Shown one piece after another: positions 57,867 through 64,000 of a stretch of DNA of 64,000 nt. Under the pieces are notes generated by a model. It had not been told where the DNA came from, ran no database searches, and worked only from the letters and a program-made list of their open reading frames with translations. Source of the DNA: Phycisphaerales bacterium UBA3160 (GTDB lineage Bacteria > Planctomycetota > Phycisphaerae > Phycisphaerales > SM1A02); NCBI GenBank assembly GCA_002364485.1, contig DEYK01000054.1, positions 20,218-84,217 on the forward strand, written 5' to 3'. The position numbers and the translations under genes were made by a program. Position 1 is the stretch's first letter. Every line of letters begins with the position of its first letter.

Positions 57867-57888
57867 CAAAAAGGGGCCTGAAGCCCCT
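57867..57888 (-). terminator. short GC hairpin with a T-run on the minus strand
   Basis: On the minus strand: GGGGC-TTCAG-GCCCC followed by TTTTTG. It lies 20 nt upstream of the plus-strand ATG at 57909 and upstream of the rpsU promoter region. Confidence 0.35.
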
Positions 57889-57908
57889 CCTGGGAGCATT
57901 GAGAGCCC

Positions 57909-58574
57909 ATGAAGGTCATTCTTGACACCTACAACGCCCTTCACACGACTGGAATTCTTCCTCCAGAACTTGCTGGAATGGACGCCGCCGGGCTGGTTGA
58001 AGCCCTGAGTGGAGGTCGTTGGGCTAGAAATCAGGTTCTTCTCGTCTGTGACGGCTCCCCGCCTCCGGGGCAGCGAGCCATCCATTCCGGAGGGATCCGC
58101 ACCATCTACGCCGGGTCCGGGTGCGAGGCGGATGATCTGATCGAACAGCTGATCGAACGAAGCGACGCCCCCGGACAACTGCTGGTGGTCAGCTCCGATC
58201 GGAGGATCGTGAAGGCCGCCAGGCGCAGGCGATGCCACACGATGGACTCTCCGGCCTTCCTGCGAACCATCGCCAATGATCACGAACGGTCGTCGGTCCG
58301 AAGAAGAAACCGAAGCGATCAAGGGCCGAGAACGGACAACCTCAGTTCGAAGGCCGCGATGAAATGGCGAAACGAGTTCGGAATCGACGAGAAGGACATC
58401 GCCGAGTTCACCGAACTGGCCAGCAATCCGCTTCCGAAGCCTCCCCCACCGGCCCCCGCACCCCCACCGACGAAGTCGGTCGACGCAACCACTCGACGGA
58501 CCGAGTCAGCGGGTGAACTTCCCGAAGACGTGATCGCCGAAGCAATGCGCATGCTCGAAGAGGATGCCGACTGA
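57909..58574 (+). CDS. YacP/NYN-domain (PIN-like) protein
   Basis: VILDTYNAL, LLVCDG, IYAGSGCEADDLIEQLI and LLVVSSDRRI follow the YacP (Rae1-like) NYN pattern. The C-terminal half is low-complexity and Pro-rich. Confidence 0.6.
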   Translation: MKVILDTYNALHTTGILPPELAGMDAAGLVEALSGGRWARNQVLLVCDGSPPPGQRAIHSGGIRTIYAGSGCEADDLIEQLIERSDAPGQLLVVSSDRRIVKAARRRRCHTMDSPAFLRTIANDHERSSVRRRNRSDQGPRTDNLSSKAAMKWRNEFGIDEKDIAEFTELASNPLPKPPPPAPAPPPTKSVDATTRRTESAGELPEDVIAEAMRMLEEDAD

Positions 58575-58577
58575 ATG

Positions 58578-59177
58578 TCAGGGCCACAGGCGGCGCACGG
58601 TCCAGGTGCCGTCGTCGTCGCGGTCGTACACGACGCGATCATGCAACCTCGCATCGCCACCCTCCCAGAACTCGATGTGCTCGAGGGCGACGCGATATCC
58701 GAACCAGTGCGGAGGCCGGGGAACGTCCTGGCCTTCGAACCGCTGCTCCTGCTCGCGACAGGCTTGATCGAGTTCCTCCCGGGAAGCGCACGGACGCGAC
58801 TGCAGGCTTGCCCAGGCGCCGATGCGGCTTTCGCGGCGACGGCTTGCAAAGTACGCGTCCGACTCCTCGTCGCTGACGCGGGCAACCTTGCCCTCGATCC
58901 GTATCTGTCGTTCCATCGGATCCCAGTGGAACAGGACGGCCGCACGACCGGTGGCATTGAGCTCGTCGCCCTTGCGGCTCTCGCTGTTGGTGTAGAAGAC
59001 CGCCCCCCGGGAATCGAACCCCTTCAGGAGGACGGTCCGCGCCGACGGAAGACCGTCGGGCGAAACGGTCGCCAGCATCATCGCGTTCGGATTCGGAAGG
59101 CCGGACCGCTCCCACGCGTCCGCGAACCACTGCTCGCAGACCGGAACGGGATCGACCGGTGGATGTTCGAAGTCCAT
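58578..59177 (-). CDS. pdxH: pyridoxamine 5'-phosphate oxidase
   Basis: NAMMLATVSPDGLPSARTVLLKGFDSRGAVFYTN, QIRIEGKV, and the C-terminal IEFWEGGDARLHDRVVY...RLWP. Confidence 0.92.
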   Translation of the reverse strand: MDFEHPPVDPVPVCEQWFADAWERSGLPNPNAMMLATVSPDGLPSARTVLLKGFDSRGAVFYTNSESRKGDELNATGRAAVLFHWDPMERQIRIEGKVARVSDEESDAYFASRRRESRIGAWASLQSRPCASREELDQACREQEQRFEGQDVPRPPHWFGYRVALEHIEFWEGGDARLHDRVVYDRDDDGTWTVRRLWP

Positions 59178-59182
59178 GTCGT

Positions 59183-59695
59183 TCAATGTCCCGGTGCGCC
59201 GGGCAGCTCGAAGGTCGCAGCCGACTGCTCGGAACGGAACGTCAATACGGCCTCGCGAACCACGTCGTCGGACAGGGCGAGGATCTCGGCCGCGAAGATC
59301 GCTGCGTTGATCGCTCCTGCGGAACCGACCGCAAGCGTGCCGACCGGTATGCCCTTGGGCATCTGGGCCATCGAGAGCAGGGAATCGAGACCGTCCGTGG
59401 ACCAGGCGTTCATGGGACATCCGAGAATGGGAAGGTGCGTCATCGCCGCGGCGACACCGGCCAGATGGGCCGCCCCGCCGGCTGCGCAGATCAGCACCTT
59501 GAGTCCACGATCTTCCGCGGTGGAACAATAGGCTTCGAGCCGTCTGGGGGCCCGGTGGGCCGAGATCACATTGCACTCGTGGGTGATGCCGAGCTTCGAG
59601 AGCGTCTGGGACGTCTTCTCCATGGTCGGCCAGTCCGAGGCGCTTCCCATGAGGACTCCGACACGTGAACCGTCGACTGTTACGAACTCAGCCAT
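59183..59695 (-). CDS. purE: 5-(carboxyamino)imidazole ribonucleotide mutase
   Basis: VGVLMGSASDWPTM, VISAHRAP and AGGAAHLAGVAAAMT. Confidence 0.93.
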   Translation of the reverse strand: MAEFVTVDGSRVGVLMGSASDWPTMEKTSQTLSKLGITHECNVISAHRAPRRLEAYCSTAEDRGLKVLICAAGGAAHLAGVAAAMTHLPILGCPMNAWSTDGLDSLLSMAQMPKGIPVGTLAVGSAGAINAAIFAAEILALSDDVVREAVLTFRSEQSAATFELPGAPGH

Positions 59696-59765
59696 GCACC
59701 TGCTCCGGATCTGGGTCCGGACTCGATCACCGGACGTCGCTGGAAACCACTGCAGTGGGTGATAA

Positions 59766-59836
59766 CTGGGGATCCAAGATTCGAACTTGGACTAACTGAT
59801 TCAGAGTCAGCCGTGCTACCGTTACACCAATCCCCA
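59766..59836 (-). tRNA. tRNA-Gln (anticodon CTG), no encoded CCA
   Basis: The reverse complement TGGGGATTGGTGTAACGGTAGCACGGCTGACTCTGAATCAGTTAGTCCAAGTTCGAATCTTGGATCCCCAG folds as a cloverleaf. It has a 7-bp acceptor stem, a D arm GTGT/GCAC, an anticodon stem GCTGA/TCAGT with loop CT-CTG-AA, and a T arm CCAAG-TTCGAAT-CTTGG. Confidence 0.9.
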
Positions 59837-59899
59837 AGTGAACATCACCTTCGAGCAGGGCATTCTACCCCGTGCCCATGGGCAATCAAGCAAGACCGC

Positions 59900-61672
59900 T
59901 CAGGGCGTATCCTTCTTGCTGCCCGCCTTCTCTTCCTTCGCCGCCTTCTCCATCGCTTCAGCCTGAAGCGATTCCATGTCCTTCACGAAGGCGACCATGC
60001 CCTTGAGATCGAAGGACATCGTGAACTGGGTTGCGTTCTCGGTCGAAGAGGAGCTCATGTAGATGGGCGCCGCCGGCGAGGAGGCCAGCTTGTCCATCAT
60101 GGCGGTGACACCTTGGCCCTGCATCATCTTCCCCAGCGCCGGATGGGCCGAGGCGAACTCACCCATGCCGATCAGGTAGCCCCGGAGATCCATGGACATT
60201 CCCATGACGGGCGACGCGGTGGCGGTCTTGAGCGCCTTGTCGAGCTGGGCGTTCCGGCTCGTGGTCTGGGCAAGAGCGCGGCGAGCGGTGCCAAGCAACT
60301 TGGCATCGCCGATGACGATGGCCATCCAGTCATCCTTTGAGATGCAGCGGACGATCATGCCGTCCGGGCCGCCCATCGCGTCGAGGATCCGGGCGATCTG
60401 GGCATCGGATGCCATGAGCGAACCTGCGAAGCTCGAATCTGCGGCCGTCCGGTCGAACTCGCCGGGGAAGGCCTTCTTCATCTGTTCCAGATCGAACTTC
60501 AGGCGATAGGCCCGCGACGTCTCTGCTCCGACGGTGACCGGGATTGCTTCGCTCTCGATGCCCCACTTGGCCTCGTTGAGGAACTTCATCTGGTCGTCCA
60601 CGAGCGACAGCGCCTTGGCGACGTCCTTGACCTGCATCACCTTCACGACGTTCATGCCGTCATCGGACATTCCCATCGAGACACCGGCACCATCGACGAC
60701 CTGGTCGAGGAAGGCCTCGCCGTTGTCGATGAAGGTGGTCATGACCTTCTTCATGCCCTCGCCTTCCGAATCACTGAACATCCTCGCGAAGGAGAACATG
60801 TGCCTGGCGACGTCCGTGGTGAGGACCATCTGCATGGGAAGCTCGGTCGCAAGGTGATTCCCGATGATGCCGAGCCCGGGGGACGACTTCATGACGCAGT
60901 CGCCCGACACGGGCGTGTACTTGACGGTGGTCGAGGGCATCTCCGGATCGAAGCTCATGCTCATGTCCCAACGGTCGAAACCGTCGATGAATCCGTCGGC
61001 GATCTTGGCATTGATCGCCTCGACCTGCTTGCTGTAGGCCGCCTTCGGGTTCGAACCGTCGTTCATGACCTCGAGCATGTTCTTCTTGAGTTGATCGCCA
61101 AACCGTTCGCGGAGCAGCGCCTGGTCGAAGGCGACGCTCACGATTCCGGGCAGCATGTGGGTCGAGATCGCGGGAGCCTTCGAGCCCTTGGCTCTCGGCT
61201 CGTAGGAGTCGCCCGACGTCATCGAGACCCAGTCCGTTCCCTCGAGGAAGACCATCTTCATGGACTTGTCGCTCGCCTTGACGGTCTCGGGAGTCGCTCC
61301 CTGCACCGCGAAGATGATGCTGATGTCGGGATCCGCATCGAGCGTCTTGCCTGGAACCACTGCGATCGCGGCAGGCATGTCAGCGCGGATCTTGTTCCGT
61401 GTGTTCAGCTGCATCTTCAGCAGCGACTGGGGGCCCATGAACATGAGCATTCCCGCGGCCTGCTGATTGAACTCCTTCACGATCGCGGTCAGCTCGCTCG
61501 TCATCTTCGACATGGAAGGCGTGTAGACGGCGACCACCGCGCCCTCGGGCAGGAGGCGTGCCATGTCCGAGTCGATCGACTGGGTGGCGGCCGCATCGGC
61601 AAGCGCCGGACGACCGGGAAGGACGAAGATCATCGTGCACAGCACGAGAGCGATGATGCGGAATCTGGACAT
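59900..61672 (-). CDS. secreted methionine-rich hypothetical protein
   Basis: GAGGAG lies 6 nt upstream of the ATG at 61672. Signal peptide MSRFRIIALVLCTMIFVLPGRPALA. About 49 Met in 590 aa by hand count. Lys-rich C-terminal tail. Confidence 0.72.
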   Translation of the reverse strand: MSRFRIIALVLCTMIFVLPGRPALADAAATQSIDSDMARLLPEGAVVAVYTPSMSKMTSELTAIVKEFNQQAAGMLMFMGPQSLLKMQLNTRNKIRADMPAAIAVVPGKTLDADPDISIIFAVQGATPETVKASDKSMKMVFLEGTDWVSMTSGDSYEPRAKGSKAPAISTHMLPGIVSVAFDQALLRERFGDQLKKNMLEVMNDGSNPKAAYSKQVEAINAKIADGFIDGFDRWDMSMSFDPEMPSTTVKYTPVSGDCVMKSSPGLGIIGNHLATELPMQMVLTTDVARHMFSFARMFSDSEGEGMKKVMTTFIDNGEAFLDQVVDGAGVSMGMSDDGMNVVKVMQVKDVAKALSLVDDQMKFLNEAKWGIESEAIPVTVGAETSRAYRLKFDLEQMKKAFPGEFDRTAADSSFAGSLMASDAQIARILDAMGGPDGMIVRCISKDDWMAIVIGDAKLLGTARRALAQTTSRNAQLDKALKTATASPVMGMSMDLRGYLIGMGEFASAHPALGKMMQGQGVTAMMDKLASSPAAPIYMSSSSTENATQFTMSFDLKGMVAFVKDMESLQAEAMEKAAKEEKAGSKKDTP

Positions 61673-61774
61673 GAAATACTCCTCGACCATGTGAAGGGAA
61701 TCGCCCACGGCGATACCGAGCCGGGTACTCTAAATCCAAGCAGGCCGGGTCGCAAATTTGCGGCACATGGACGT

Positions 61775-63763
<1,989 letters not shown>

Positions 63764-63819
63764 GGCTGTCTCCTTGGAGGAGCATGCAGCCTAGCGGATC
63801 GTCCGCGTGATTGCGGAAA

Positions 63820-64000
63820 TCAACGCTTTCGCTTCTTTCCGCCGCTGCGCTTGCCGGTGCTTCGCTTGCTGTTGCCACCCTTGCCGCCGCCCTTGCCGCT
63901 GCCGCGCTTGCCGTTGCCGCGCTTGCCGTTGCGGGGCTTGCGGTCGTCCGGACGCGCGAACCGCTCGGGGCGTTCCACCAGCATGAGATCCATGTAGCGC
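63820..64000 (-). CDS. 3' end of a gene continuing beyond the window; Lys/Arg/Gly-rich C-terminal tail
   Basis: The minus-strand frame is open to the window edge. It ends in ...RYMDLMLVERPERFARPDDRKPRNGKRGNGKRGSGKGGGKGGNSKRSTGKRSGGKKRKR, with TGA at 63820-63822. It is below the ORF-track length cut-off because its start lies outside the window. Such tails are common on RNA helicases, but identity is unknown. Confidence 0.4.
   Translation of the reverse strand, partial: RYMDLMLVERPERFARPDDRKPRNGKRGNGKRGSGKGGGKGGNSKRSTGKRSGGKKRKR

Noticed and set aside
59766-59836. tRNA-Gln as an integration site for a genomic island
   Set aside because: Both flanks are housekeeping or ordinary genes (purE/pdxH and a secreted protein/acs). 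No integrase was seen, no direct repeat of the tRNA 3' end, and no compositional shift visible by eye.
61751-61762. 12-nt perfect palindromes, e.g. CGCAAATTTGCG here and CCGTACGTACGG at 40446-40457
   Set aside because: Palindromes with 6-bp arms are expected roughly a dozen or more times by chance in 64 kb. There is no supporting context.

Overview
GC-rich chromosomal segment (roughly 60-65% GC by eye, not computed). It is tightly packed with about 65 protein genes and one tRNA (tRNA-Gln, anticodon CTG). I found no rRNA, CRISPR array, transposase, integrase or prophage signature. Content is mostly housekeeping: clpC, dnaB, rpsA, rpsU, rsfS, trmB, purE, pdxH, acs, an HU/IHF protein, a partial F1Fo ATP synthase operon, a membrane pyrophosphatase, squalene-hopene cyclase and lysine 6-transaminase. 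Between these sit transporters, two ECF sigma/anti-sigma modules, a histidine kinase, an orphan receiver and many secreted or lipoprotein hypotheticals. Several markers point to a Planctomycetota-like genome, which is an inference: a prepilin-leader protein with the H-X9-DG motif (DUF1559 type), several ECF sigma pairs, shc, and frequent ATGA/TGATG start-stop coupling. Many long ORFs in the supplied track are antisense or out-of-frame artefacts of high GC and were rejected. No classical defence or mobile island is visible. The most interesting points are: (1) an ATP synthase operon (atpZ, atpI-like, atpB, atpE, atpF, atpH, atpA) that carries a translationally coupled secreted SIMPL/DUF541 gene between atpH and atpA, and ends at a strong terminator with no atpG/atpD/atpC; (2) an 891-aa H+/Na+-pyrophosphatase with a roughly 135-aa soluble insertion between transmembrane helices; (3) a secreted protein with about 8% methionine; (4) a secreted AMMECR1-like/alpha-toroid protein followed by a secretin-N-domain-like protein with a 45-codon glycine tract; (5) a 242-bp element bounded by 24-25 nt inverted repeats in a 410-bp non-coding gap; (6) trmB translationally coupled to a protein made of two ClpX-type zinc-binding modules; (7) an acyltransferase/CheY-receiver/two-unknown-gene operon. 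All functional calls rest on motif recognition by eye. Nothing was searched against a database.
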